Program-made: the position numbers and the translations under genes
Part shown: positions 46,932-56,598 of the stretch, piece after piece
Position numbering within the stretch: the stretch's first letter is position 1
Layout: the number at the start of each line of letters is the position of its first letter
Source of the DNA: a virus
Virus record (IMG/VR): IMGVR_UViG_3300025669_000020
Location: 41,614-105,613 of that record
Strand: one strand, 5' to 3'
DNA length: 64,000 nt
The notes under the pieces: model-generated
Seen by the model: the letters and a program-made list of their open reading frames with translations, nothing else
What the model was told of the DNA's origin: nothing
Database searches by the model: none

Positions 46932-48107
46932 TTACCCTCGCACAAGGTAGCGGCGTGCCCAGCCGGGCTTGCAGGACTCGTCCTGTTCCAGCATGGTGGC
47001 CTTGACCCACAGGGTGTTGGCGTAGCGGTTGCGGTTCTTGGTGTTGTCCACGGCGATGCCCACGAGCCCATCGCTCAGGCGGAAGAAGAAGGCCAGGCCC
47101 TCGGCTCCAGCGTTGGCACCCTCAGTGATTCGCACCCAGGCATTCTTGGGGATGTCCGTGGCGGCTTCCACCGCTGCCTCGCGGGCAACCTCGCGGGCGT
47201 CGGCACGGCGCTGGCACTCAGCCAGGATATCCAAGGCCCACTGCGGGCGGGCATCCCAGCCTTCCTCATCTTCGAGGACGGCCCACAGATTGTCCACTCC
47301 GCTGCTGGTTTCCGTGTCCACGAACACGAGGTTCATGCGATCCTGGGCGGTCTTGGAACCGTCCACGGAGATGCCCACGCGGCCCCCTTCCTGACTGACC
47401 CACAGCACCAGCCCTGACATACCCTTGGGGAACTTGCGGGAGCGGGGGTTGATGCCCTTGACCCAGGAGCCCTTCACGGGGGCGTGTTGTGCCTTGTAGG
47501 TGTCCTTGAGCTGCCGGATGTAGCGGCTACGGCGGTGGGCGAGGTCACGGGCCTTCTGCCACGCTGCATATGCTTCCCGCACTTCGGGGGTAGCGTCGGG
47601 GGTGGCGCTGTTGGGGTACGTCCATCCACGGGTGGAGGCGTAGATGAAGGTGTCGATGCCGTCACCGTCCCACACACCCACGGTGAAGTCGGAGTCATGG
47701 TAGCCGTTCCGCTCGCCCGTGTGGAGCACGAGGCCCACATGGGAGGTTTCCATGTAGAGGGGGCCCATGGTGCGGCAGGCTTCCGTGTAGCGGTCAACCT
47801 TGGTGGGCTGGCCCTCAGCGTCCAGCACCCATTCGCCGTCAGCGTTGACCTGGGCGTCGTACCGGCTTTCCTTGTGGTAGCGGGTCAGTACACACTCAGG
47901 GGTGAGGGTCAGGTCGGCACCGGCACGCCGGGTCTTGGAGTGGGCGCAAAGGCGACCGTGATGGACACCTTCTTCATGTCCATGGTAGTTGGAGACTCTC
48001 TCCACCTTCTTGCCGTTGACGAGCCCACGCTCGTCGGCCTCACCCGCCGCGACGGCGGCATTGTAGGCTTCGTAGGTAGCTTCATTGGTCATTTGACGGA
48101 CGGCCAT
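46932..48107 (-). CDS. Hypothetical (probably early) protein with SH3/KOW-like repeats
   Basis: Long ORF; KGSWV..GMSGLVLWV and KNAWVRITEG..GAEG. Confidence 0.65.
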   Translation of the reverse strand: MAVRQMTNEATYEAYNAAVAAGEADERGLVNGKKVERVSNYHGHEEGVHHGRLCAHSKTRRAGADLTLTPECVLTRYHKESRYDAQVNADGEWVLDAEGQPTKVDRYTEACRTMGPLYMETSHVGLVLHTGERNGYHDSDFTVGVWDGDGIDTFIYASTRGWTYPNSATPDATPEVREAYAAWQKARDLAHRRSRYIRQLKDTYKAQHAPVKGSWVKGINPRSRKFPKGMSGLVLWVSQEGGRVGISVDGSKTAQDRMNLVFVDTETSSGVDNLWAVLEDEEGWDARPQWALDILAECQRRADAREVAREAAVEAATDIPKNAWVRITEGANAGAEGLAFFFRLSDGLVGIAVDNTKNRNRYANTLWVKATMLEQDESCKPGWARRYLVRG

Positions 48108-48199
48108 TTTGTTTTCTCCGGTGAGGACACCTATACTACGCAGGCTCCTTCAGAAATGAACCAAAAAGAATCTGATCTTTTTTGTTGCGCGATCTAGCC

Positions 48200-48855
48200 G
48201 GCCGGTTATTTAGCGGGGGCCTGGAAACAGGTTCTCTTTGAAGGCGCAAAAAAGCAACCTCATCCCAACCGGGAGACAGGACGTACCGTGAACCCGCAAG
48301 GGGGAGTGGAAGCGGCCCAGACCCAGGGGGAGATGAGGAGGCAGTGTCCTCCACGGCACATTTCGGGCTGACCCGCCAGGGTTTCAGTAATTAAGAAGTG
48401 TGTTGACAGAGGGCCTTTGGCGGAGTCCTCCAATCCGCCCATTTCGGAATCCATAGGCCATGGGTTGTGAAAGGGCAAGAGCGGGAGACAGAAGTCAAGG
48501 CACGTTGCAAGGGTAAGGAAAAGGGTTCGTGTGCTCTCACCAGTACGGAACCCTTGGTGAACCCCGCGTAGCAAGCTGTCCCAGGATAAGAGTCTACAGC
48601 TCTTGTCGGCGGTCATGTCTGTAGGACATGGTAGGTGTACCTGGACGCACCATTGGTCTGGTAGTGAGGTGTTAGGAGTCCGCTGCTCCCTTGAACGACA
48701 CCAAAATGGAGTCCCGACAGGTTGATAAACCGAGAAGGGCCCCGACCCCCCAAACCTTCGGGTAGAAGGGGAGGCAAAAACGCAGTTCCGACCAAATTGG
48801 GTGCCCCGTGGCTAACGCTTCGGGGTGCTTCAATTTGGGGGGCTGCGGTTTTTCA
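48200..48855 (+). ncRNA. Candidate large structured ncRNA (~650 nt)
   Basis: No credible ORF; >12 helices, GNRA and cUUCGg tetraloops on + strand, nested long-range stems. Confidence 0.6.
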
Positions 48856-48965
48856 ATTGTGTTTGTCTAAGGGGGGTGCTCAGTGATGTTATGGGGGTAG
48901 CTCTCTGTTATGATGACATTCCTTGGCCCTTCTGAAGGCGTCCCCTGCGTGATTGTGGAGCTTGC

Positions 48966-49331
48966 ATGTCCGATTTCCATAGCCGTTACCGAAACACCCC
49001 CACATTGGAGTGCTCCTCTGGAACGGCAGGTGGGGATATTTGGAAGCGGTACTATGAGGATCTGTCTGTTGGTGAGCGGGCCACAATGTTGTTGTGGGCT
49101 CGGATGTACTTGCGTCCGATCAAGACCACAAACTGGCATTGTGACTGTGCTGTCATCAAGGAGCTGTTCGAGGGTAGCTCTGACGGCTTCAAGGTGACCG
49201 TCGACATGGTGCGGGGTGCACTGCTGGAATCTGGCTACACTCCCCATGATCACCGCCGTAAGCTCTGGTACTACAATGTGGGCCAGCGTGGTCTGAATGC
49301 CATGAAAAAGGAGTTGTCCAAGGGGGTCTAG
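48966..49331 (+). CDS. Hypothetical protein
   Basis: GGAG RBS, phage-like codon use. Confidence 0.5.
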   Translation: MSDFHSRYRNTPTLECSSGTAGGDIWKRYYEDLSVGERATMLLWARMYLRPIKTTNWHCDCAVIKELFEGSSDGFKVTVDMVRGALLESGYTPHDHRRKLWYYNVGQRGLNAMKKELSKGV

Positions 49332-49380
49332 ATCCGATCTCGGTTGCGTAGTTAGTAGTGTGCGAACAAGGAGTTTCCAC

Positions 49381-50550
49381 ATGTCTAAAGCGCAATTCAC
49401 TGAGAAGGAACAACAGGTTTGGGATAGCCTCCAGGGCACTCTGGGTAATGGTCTCACTACCTGGCAGCAGGAGAACATCGTCCGTGACTTGGATGTGTTG
49501 TTCGGGCTGCGACCCACCTACATCAACCTGGGTGGCAAGCTCGTGGGGTACGACTGGGATGTGTACAGTCGGAACGTGCACATCAGGGACGGGTTCTGCA
49601 CCGCGTACTACCATCCGCGGGACTGTGGTGTCATCACAGGAAGCAGCCCTGACAACTGGGGACAGTGGGCCCGCCTCCTGTTCGGGAAGAAGTCCCATGC
49701 CCATTCCCCCCGTCTGAGTCTCCCCCAGGATCTCTACCAGATGCTGCGGGACAGGGGCTACGCCAAGGTAGATGGTCCCCGTCGCCCCCATCGGTTCCTG
49801 TCTGTGGCCATGGTGTCCTTCTACATCGCGGCACAGACCGACGCATGGGACACCCCCCAGCAGATCGCCATGATGAGCGACATGAAGAAGATGCTGAAGC
49901 TGCACCGTGTCCAGGTCATCGACCTCGTGGTCAATGATGAGGGCGTTCAGCGGGTGCTGTCGGGTCCTCCCAAGGCAGACATCCTGGGTGCCTCCCCTGC
50001 CCCCATCGCCCCCTCTGGTCCCATCGCCCCCTCTGGTCTCATCGTGGTTGACTTGTTGGCTGATGAGATCAAGCTGCGCCGGGATCGGGAGCAGGCTGCC
50101 CATGTCGCCCTGGCATCCTTTGTGGATGATGTCACGGGGCCAGTGGCAGCCCAGGCACCGGAGTCCAGCCTTCTGGATCTCCTGGGTAGCAACGAGCCCC
50201 TTCTCCTGGATGAGCGGGACGATGCCGTGCCTGTCCCCAACCAGGACATCCAGGACTTGTTGGGGGGTTCCCCCGCTGTGGAACAGGACGACATCCCCAG
50301 TGAGTCCCTCCAGATGGATCTCAGCCAGATGAACCCCCAGCAGCTCCAGGAGATGGTGACAGCCATGGAGCAGGAGCTGGAGAAGCGCAAGATGGCAGAC
50401 ATGGAGAGCTACTGCTCCAAGGCTATGATCACCGAGGGTGCCATCAACCCCATCCTGCGGACATATGAGACCCTGACGGTGCGCTACCCTGATGGGACAT
50501 GTCAGGAGTACGAGAGGGTACGGGAGAACCTCCTGCGGGATATCGGGTAA
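49381..50550 (+). CDS. Hypothetical protein
   Basis: AAGGAG RBS; PIAPSG x2 repeat. Confidence 0.65.
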   Translation: MSKAQFTEKEQQVWDSLQGTLGNGLTTWQQENIVRDLDVLFGLRPTYINLGGKLVGYDWDVYSRNVHIRDGFCTAYYHPRDCGVITGSSPDNWGQWARLLFGKKSHAHSPRLSLPQDLYQMLRDRGYAKVDGPRRPHRFLSVAMVSFYIAAQTDAWDTPQQIAMMSDMKKMLKLHRVQVIDLVVNDEGVQRVLSGPPKADILGASPAPIAPSGPIAPSGLIVVDLLADEIKLRRDREQAAHVALASFVDDVTGPVAAQAPESSLLDLLGSNEPLLLDERDDAVPVPNQDIQDLLGGSPAVEQDDIPSESLQMDLSQMNPQQLQEMVTAMEQELEKRKMADMESYCSKAMITEGAINPILRTYETLTVRYPDGTCQEYERVRENLLRDIG

Positions 50551-50575
50551 TTCTCCTATAGGGATTGGGTGGTGA
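50545..50575 (+). promoter_or_regulatory. Putative phage late promoter motif
   Basis: GGGT-aattctc-CTAT-N12-GTGA before 47-aa ORF 50584..50727. Confidence 0.5.
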
Positions 50576-50717
50576 GGTGAAAGATGTTCAAGAAAGAAAG
50601 CATCGCCATCACTACCCAGTCCCATAAGGTGGAGAGGGTGCCCCGGTCACAGACTCCTCAGGAGCGGCCACAGGCACCCAAGACCACGAGCCGTGTTCCT
50701 ACGGAGAAGATGGAATC

Positions 50718-50748
50718 GGGTAAGTAGTCTATAAGGCAACCTGTGTAG
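50718..50748 (+). promoter_or_regulatory. Putative phage late promoter motif
   Basis: GGGT-aagtagt-CTAT-N12-GTAG. Confidence 0.6.
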
Positions 50749-50762
50749 TTACCGAGGTTGTC

Positions 50763-51341
50763 ATGCACGAAGCGAAAATGCGTTCCCGGCTCATCCGCCT
50801 GGCTTATGCACGCCCCGAGCACCGGGAGCGTTTGCTCCCTCTGCTGCGGAGTGGGGCTTCCACCCCTCGCTCCCAGGTGTCTCAGGCAGTGATGAAAGTC
50901 CGGAGCATCTTGGGGGAGATGGTCAAGGACATGTCGGTACACATCGAGGAGGCGGAGGCCAACAGCAAGGAGACGGGGGGGACGGTCTTCTACACCACCC
51001 GTGGTGAGGTCTGTAATGCGGGGAGGCAGTTGGCAGACGAGATCAGGGCAGCTGGTGTGCCGAAATTCAAGGGTGTGCGGCAATCTGTCGGGACGTACAG
51101 CAGCCCCAGCGATTGGGGTCTTCCCCGCACGGGGAGAGCCTCAGCCAAGAATCTCTGGAGACGCCTGCAGCGGCATCTGTTGAATGTGCAGGTGGTGTTG
51201 CAGAAAACCGCTGTGGAAATGCTCCCTCTCGTAGAGGATATGCCTTTGGAGGAGCGTGTGAGGTGGGCTCGTTTTGTGGAGGACACGTTCTGCGACATGG
51301 GAATGGCTGCAGGCCGACAGTTCGATCAGCTCGTGTCCTAA
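50763..51341 (+). CDS. Putative internal head protein with LIRLA tag
   Basis: MRSRLIRLAYARPEHRERLLPLLR. Confidence 0.65.
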   Translation: MHEAKMRSRLIRLAYARPEHRERLLPLLRSGASTPRSQVSQAVMKVRSILGEMVKDMSVHIEEAEANSKETGGTVFYTTRGEVCNAGRQLADEIRAAGVPKFKGVRQSVGTYSSPSDWGLPRTGRASAKNLWRRLQRHLLNVQVVLQKTAVEMLPLVEDMPLEERVRWARFVEDTFCDMGMAAGRQFDQLVS

Positions 51342-51382
51342 CAGGGGTAGAGTGGGCTATTACCAGCCCTGTGAGTTTAGAG

Positions 51383-51664
51383 ATGTCAGCCTATGACCGT
51401 GTAGATTGCGATGTCCGGGTGGGGGATCTGGGGCTTGGATCATTCTCCAATTCCCTACGGATTCTCCCCGAGTCGGGTTCCGAGTGCCTGCTGGACTTCT
51501 GCCTCTACTCCTCTGTGGAGGGGACTGCACAGGTTGTAGCCCGTGTGCGGGTGCACCGCAGTTTCCTCCCGCTGCTCAAACAGCGGATAGAGGATGCCAT
51601 GGGTGAAATGCTGTCCCAGGATGAAGACAGCTGGGTTCTGCTATGCACGCCTGCTGAGGGTTAG
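51383..51664 (+). CDS. Small protein, paralog of 57974..58207
   Basis: FSNSLRI...LLDFC...AQVVARVRV. Confidence 0.6.
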   Translation: MSAYDRVDCDVRVGDLGLGSFSNSLRILPESGSECLLDFCLYSSVEGTAQVVARVRVHRSFLPLLKQRIEDAMGEMLSQDEDSWVLLCTPAEG

Positions 51665-51858
51665 AACAGGGTGTCCACCACACTGCCGATCTCACTGCTG
51701 ATTTCGGTATAGCCCCTCTTGGCAGGTTCTTCCCGCTCGGGGCTTTCTGTGGAGTTGGGGGGGGTACAAGGGAAGGCGCAGGTAGGGGCGTTGGCGCTCG
51801 GCCTGCTCCTTTCCTGTTCCTGTTCCTGGATTTTCTCGATGACCCACGCGTCGAGCAT
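51661..51858 (-). CDS. Small hypothetical protein
   Basis: GAGG RBS and TATAAT upstream. Confidence 0.5.
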   Translation of the reverse strand: MLDAWVIEKIQEQEQERSRPSANAPTCAFPCTPPNSTESPEREEPAKRGYTEISSEIGSVVDTLF

Positions 51859-51941
51859 ACTGCACCTCTCAATTATACTACGCAGAATAGGAGGATTCTG
51901 AATCTCTTGGGTAGAGTAAGGCGATCTCCTAGGAGGAATAT

Positions 51942-52892
51942 ATGCCCCAGCCCATCGTTTTCAAGCCTGGCACCTTCCAAACATTCCGAGCAACTACCCA
52001 GATCGCGATGCCCGAGGGCCTCGACATCCCGAGTGGGTACATCAGCATGGATGCCATCATCCAGTACGATGGACAGACCCTCAAGTACGGCGGGGGCACC
52101 TACAATGTGTCACAGCTGCGGTCAGCCATCAAGGCTGGGTGGTTCGTGCCCGAGGCGGACACCACCACGAGCTATGTCCCCCAGCCCGCCAACGTGGCCA
52201 TCCACAAGGCCACGTCTGCCAATGAGCTGCGTGGGGAGCCCATGACGGTCTCCACCGTGGATGAGGAAGAGCGTGACCTGGGCAGCATCAAGTCCATCAT
52301 GGGGCGCGAGGCCCCGAAGGCTGTGAGTGCTACCGAGGATGGGCAGGTGGTCTCCACGATCAAGACGGCAGCCAAGCAGCACACTGTCCTCAAGGACAGC
52401 CATGCCGCCACCGCAGCCATCCGCAAGCTGGACAACACGCCTCCCCCCAGGGCGGAGGCTGTGAAGAGGGCTGTGGCCACTGGTGACGTTCAGGAAGCCA
52501 GGATGGGTGAGGGGCTGGAAGACATCCTGCCCGACGCCGAGTCCGCTGGAACTCCCGAGCCCGGTATGGCTGGTGAAGGCGACATGCCCCACCTGACAGC
52601 GGAAGAGAGGGCTGAAGCCCTGCGCCAGGCCCGCCTCTCCAAGATGGCAACCGCCAAGGCAGCTCCTGTGCCGGAGCCGGAGCCCGAGGCACCCGGTGAC
52701 AAGGCCCTTCGGGATGCCAAGATCGCCGCACTCCAGGCTGTCATTCCTGGGTTCAAGTGGGACATGAGCGTGCACTGGCGCACCCGCGTCAAGGTGGCCC
52801 TGACCCACAAGGACGATCCGGTCTACATGAACGGCATCATGGCTGTCGAGATAGACGCCGTGAAGAAGCACGTGCAGAAAGAACTGGCATAG
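51942..52892 (+). CDS. Hypothetical protein
   Basis: AGGAGG RBS, 316 aa. Confidence 0.7.
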   Translation: MPQPIVFKPGTFQTFRATTQIAMPEGLDIPSGYISMDAIIQYDGQTLKYGGGTYNVSQLRSAIKAGWFVPEADTTTSYVPQPANVAIHKATSANELRGEPMTVSTVDEEERDLGSIKSIMGREAPKAVSATEDGQVVSTIKTAAKQHTVLKDSHAATAAIRKLDNTPPPRAEAVKRAVATGDVQEARMGEGLEDILPDAESAGTPEPGMAGEGDMPHLTAEERAEALRQARLSKMATAKAAPVPEPEPEAPGDKALRDAKIAALQAVIPGFKWDMSVHWRTRVKVALTHKDDPVYMNGIMAVEIDAVKKHVQKELA

Positions 52893-52899
52893 CCGTCCT

Positions 52900-52930
52900 C
52901 GGTCGCTGTCCTATAGTTATGCTCCGGTAG
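52900..52930 (+). promoter_or_regulatory. Putative phage late promoter motif
   Basis: CGGT-cgctgtc-CTAT-N12-GTAG. Confidence 0.65.
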
Positions 52931-52954
52931 AGCTTTAGCTACCGGAGCATTGCC

Positions 52955-53329
52955 GTGAGTGCAGAAAAAAACGCCAACAGCCAGGCAACTTGGGCTCTCC
53001 TCACGGAGAGCGTCTCGTCAGCACGGCTGAATGCTTACCGTCTAAGTCACCTTGTACAAAGGGCTCTCGCCTTGGTGGAGAAGTCCACCCACAAGGACCA
53101 TCTGTACCAGGTCGCGGGGGATGTCATCCAAGGGCTTCCAGAGCGCCTGGAGCGCCTGGAAGGGGACTTGGATAGGACTTCCTATACATTGTCCCGCCTT
53201 GCAGAGGATTCCTTGAGGGACCGCCTGCCTCTCGCAGACCGTGCCTTGGTGGATGAAGCCCTGCACAAGCCCAAGACGGCTTCTGCATCTCGGGTGGGTG
53301 CTCGCTTCTTGCAGAAGTTGGAGAGCTGA
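52955..53329 (+). CDS. Helical virion protein with C-terminal RVGARFL tag
   Basis: KTASASRVGARFLQK. Confidence 0.6.
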   Translation: MSAEKNANSQATWALLTESVSSARLNAYRLSHLVQRALALVEKSTHKDHLYQVAGDVIQGLPERLERLEGDLDRTSYTLSRLAEDSLRDRLPLADRALVDEALHKPKTASASRVGARFLQKLES

Positions 53330-55338
53330 TGGGGTACAGCCCACCCGTAGGAGACATGGCTGGGGTTCAGACTTTCGTGAGCCCTGAGTCCCATGCTAAC
53401 CTACCCTCCGGATGGGAGGGGGAGAAAAAGCAGGTTCTGCCTCCAGGGTCGGCTACCCCCAACACCCCCAACAAAGAATTCACCGACAAGGACCATGGTA
53501 GGAGTCTCCCCCACCCTGAGTACCAAGGCCCCGCATCTGGTAGTGGCACCGTAGAGAAGAAGCCCATCAAGCCGGAACAGGGTGAGGAGTACGGAGTCCC
53601 GGAGAAGAACGACTATTATGTGCCCAAGCGTCGTTCCATGACAGCTGATGGGTATCAGGCCCGTCGTCCCTGGGAGCGCCAACGCAGGCAGCATGTGGAT
53701 GAGCGCTTCGAGAGCAAACGGTACTACAAGCGGAACAAGAAGCGCATCCTGACCAAGGCCCGCGTGTACTACAAGAAACTGAAGCGGAATCCCATATACA
53801 AGAAACTGAAGGGGAAGCGACGGGACAACCCCGCCAAGTACAAGCGGCGGAAGCTCTCGATGGAGATCCCCTTCGTAACGGGACCCTCTCTCCATGAGGG
53901 CGTGTTCCTGGGTGTCTCTCCGCTGGGTGCCCACTACAGGGTGGGAGACACCACTGAGCAGTATGCCTCTGTGGATGTCTTTCTGGACAGCGTTGTGTTC
54001 CATTCCGATGAGGACATCCTGCGTGTGGCCCACATCCTTGCCCCGATGCCCTGTGAGGGTCAGGTTCGGGTGGCGGGGTTGACCCTCAATGATGAGTGGC
54101 TCCTCGATGAGAGGGAGGAAGCGGACAAGGAAGGCATCGGCAAGTACACGCCGCTGTCCCCTGGTAAGAGGCGTCGTAAGCAGAAGGGCAAGAAGCGCGT
54201 CACGCGGAAACGGCAGTACAAGAAGAACCGGCAGAAGGAACGTGTCCGGGCCAAGCTCTACTACAAGAAACGCAAGCACAGCCAACGCTTCAAGCGGCAG
54301 CAGACACGGCGTAGGTCACAACCCAGCCGGTACAAGCTCCGTCGTGGAACCCAGATGACAACTCCCGACATCGCATTTGTATGGGGAGCAGAGATGCTCC
54401 TGGGCTACGTCCAGGACATCTCCCCAGAATCCAACTCCGTGACGTTCTCCCTGGAGAACGAGAAGGGGGAGGAATCGGTGAGGACTCTCCCCTTGGAGGA
54501 CTTCCTGGATGAGATCACCTTCCTCTCGGAAGAGGACATCGAGGCTCTGTTCGCCCTGGTGGACGAAGTGCTGGGCCTGGAGGGGTACGACTTCGACCCC
54601 GGTGAGATCTATGAGACGGAGCAGGAGATCAAGGCCCTGATCGAACGTGTTGCCTCCCGCTATGCAGGGGACATCATTCTCTATGATCAGGAGGCTCCCA
54701 CGGATCAGGAGACTATCTATGGTCCCGAGCTGAGTTCAGGGAAGCCCGAGCGTGGGAAGGGCGACGACACCTACTACGACGTGGAGGGTGGCGGTCTGTC
54801 TTGGCGTGTGGTTTCTCCTGGTGATGGGAGCCAACTGGTGCGTTCTGCAGCCACGATGAAGGACATCTCCACCAAGACGGGGCCCAAGGTGCATGAACGT
54901 GCCCGTGGGGTGCAGCTCCAGCTCAACCGTGCGGATCCCAAGCGCGGCATCTGGAGTTTCAGGGCAGCCAGCTCCAAGGGTGCGCCCTACATCGTCCGCA
55001 TCAAGGGCATCAAGGAACGGGGAATCACGAAGCTCTCTACTGCTCGTGTACAGGTGAGCTGCACTTGCCCCTTCTTCCAGTGGCAGGGGCCTGAGCACTG
55101 GGCCAAGAAGAACGGCTACTTGTACGGGAAGACAGAGGGCACCGCCAGCATCCCTGATGTGAAAGACCCCAAGGGTCAGCACTGGGCTTGCAAACATGTC
55201 CTTGCCGTCCTCAACCAGGTGCGAACATACAGAATGGCCTCTGCCGAGTCTCTGCAGGCCCTTCTACAGAATGCCACCCTGGAACCAGTGTTCGAACCTT
55301 CTCCCGAGCGTGTTGCCTCTCTGCATCTGAAAGACTGA
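53329..55338 (+). CDS. Protein with two Arg/Lys-rich repeats and C-terminal SWIM Zn finger
   Basis: Duplicated basic block + FLD...F.S.EDI; CTCPFF...WACKH. Confidence 0.7.
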   Translation: MGYSPPVGDMAGVQTFVSPESHANLPSGWEGEKKQVLPPGSATPNTPNKEFTDKDHGRSLPHPEYQGPASGSGTVEKKPIKPEQGEEYGVPEKNDYYVPKRRSMTADGYQARRPWERQRRQHVDERFESKRYYKRNKKRILTKARVYYKKLKRNPIYKKLKGKRRDNPAKYKRRKLSMEIPFVTGPSLHEGVFLGVSPLGAHYRVGDTTEQYASVDVFLDSVVFHSDEDILRVAHILAPMPCEGQVRVAGLTLNDEWLLDEREEADKEGIGKYTPLSPGKRRRKQKGKKRVTRKRQYKKNRQKERVRAKLYYKKRKHSQRFKRQQTRRRSQPSRYKLRRGTQMTTPDIAFVWGAEMLLGYVQDISPESNSVTFSLENEKGEESVRTLPLEDFLDEITFLSEEDIEALFALVDEVLGLEGYDFDPGEIYETEQEIKALIERVASRYAGDIILYDQEAPTDQETIYGPELSSGKPERGKGDDTYYDVEGGGLSWRVVSPGDGSQLVRSAATMKDISTKTGPKVHERARGVQLQLNRADPKRGIWSFRAASSKGAPYIVRIKGIKERGITKLSTARVQVSCTCPFFQWQGPEHWAKKNGYLYGKTEGTASIPDVKDPKGQHWACKHVLAVLNQVRTYRMASAESLQALLQNATLEPVFEPSPERVASLHLKD

Positions 55339-55376
55339 CCTGTACGGTAGAGTAGAGGCGTCCAAGGAGTTCCTGA

Positions 55377-55784
55377 ATGCCTACCTACGATTATACCTGC
55401 AACGACTGTGAAGAAGAATTCGAGATGATCCTTCGCGTCGCAGAGATGGATGATGTCCAGGAGTGTCCCGAGTGTGGTTCCACGGACACCAAACGTATGT
55501 TCATGGTTGGCAACTTTGTTCTCAAGGGTGACGGGTGGTCGGGGAAGAACATGCGGATCAAGAAGCAGATGGAGAAGAAAAACCGTGGCCTCCGCATGAA
55601 GGAAGAGGAGATGAGGCGGGATGCCCCAGGCATGAAGCTTGTCCCCAATGTGGAAGGTGAACGTGTAGATTCCTGGTCAGAGGCTAAGGATATGGCAATC
55701 AGCAAGGGGAAGGACACCGCTGGGTACGAGCGGATGGAGAGGAAGGAGAAGGGGCTCGCGGATAAGCCGACCCTGGCCTCCTAG
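55377..55784 (+). CDS. FmdB-family zinc-ribbon protein
   Basis: MPTYDYTCNDCEEEFE...CPECGS...FVLKGDGW. Confidence 0.8.
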   Translation: MPTYDYTCNDCEEEFEMILRVAEMDDVQECPECGSTDTKRMFMVGNFVLKGDGWSGKNMRIKKQMEKKNRGLRMKEEEMRRDAPGMKLVPNVEGERVDSWSEAKDMAISKGKDTAGYERMERKEKGLADKPTLAS

Positions 55785-55789
55785 GTTCA

Positions 55790-55820
55790 CGGTATTCTCC
55801 CTATGAGGCGCTAGGAGTGA
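55790..55820 (+). promoter_or_regulatory. Putative phage late promoter motif
   Basis: CGGT-attctcc-CTAT-N12-GTGA. Confidence 0.65.
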
Positions 55821-55838
55821 GCTACCAAAGGTGAGCCC

Positions 55839-56531
55839 ATGTCCTCAGTCCCCCGCATTGTAGAGCGCTACCCCAACTTCGTAGACCTTGCCTTCCACAA
55901 CAAGGCGGGTGTCCAGGCCTACCGGGTGGGGACAGCCAACACCTTGGATACCGCTTATGCGGGTGTCACCGCTTTGTTCGATGTCACCCAGGACGCCGCG
56001 TTCCGTTCCCCGGCGCTCCGCCGGCGTCGGCTAGGGTTTCTCCACGAGTCCACCAGGGGGTTGACCAGGGCTCTCTTCGATCCCGAGGAGTATTTCACGG
56101 TGGGCGGCATAGTCCCCCATGACAACCAGCTCTCCTTCATGCGGATTCAAGAGCAGAACCTGGCAAGTGTATGGCGTCCAGCGGGCCCCATCATGCTGCT
56201 GCCTCCCCCGAACTTCTACGGCATCCCCAATCCGGGAATCCCTCTTGCGGGCACGGCTCCCAATGTGGCTGCCACGGTTACGGGAATCCCGGCCACGACT
56301 TGCATGCACATCGTCTTCCCGAAGGCTTGTCACATCGTCACGGTCAGGAACTTGGATGCGGCTAACGCTCTGTTCTTCTGCAACGACCCTGGTGTTCCGA
56401 TGATGGAGCTGCCCTCGGATACAGAGAGTATGTACATCGAGGGTGGTGTGGATACCCAGCTGTTTATCAGGGGCGACGGTGCCCCTGTGAGCTTCGTGGT
56501 CTACATCGCACTCAACACCGGACATTATTAG
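55839..56531 (+). CDS. Probable virion structural protein
   Basis: Follows late motif; beta-rich C-terminus. Confidence 0.55.
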   Translation: MSSVPRIVERYPNFVDLAFHNKAGVQAYRVGTANTLDTAYAGVTALFDVTQDAAFRSPALRRRRLGFLHESTRGLTRALFDPEEYFTVGGIVPHDNQLSFMRIQEQNLASVWRPAGPIMLLPPPNFYGIPNPGIPLAGTAPNVAATVTGIPATTCMHIVFPKACHIVTVRNLDAANALFFCNDPGVPMMELPSDTESMYIEGGVDTQLFIRGDGAPVSFVVYIALNTGHY

Positions 56532-56598
56532 GCACTTTGGGGCCACTTTTCTTTCAATACCTCCGGGTAGTAGATGAACAACTCACCCGGAGGCATTT

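Noticed and set aside
48200-48855. RNase P RNA, tmRNA, tRNA cluster or group I/II intron
   Set aside because: No GAGGAAAGUCC core, no tRNA-like TTCGA arm/CCA end, no interrupted host gene or domain V recognised; kept as an unclassified ncRNA candidate
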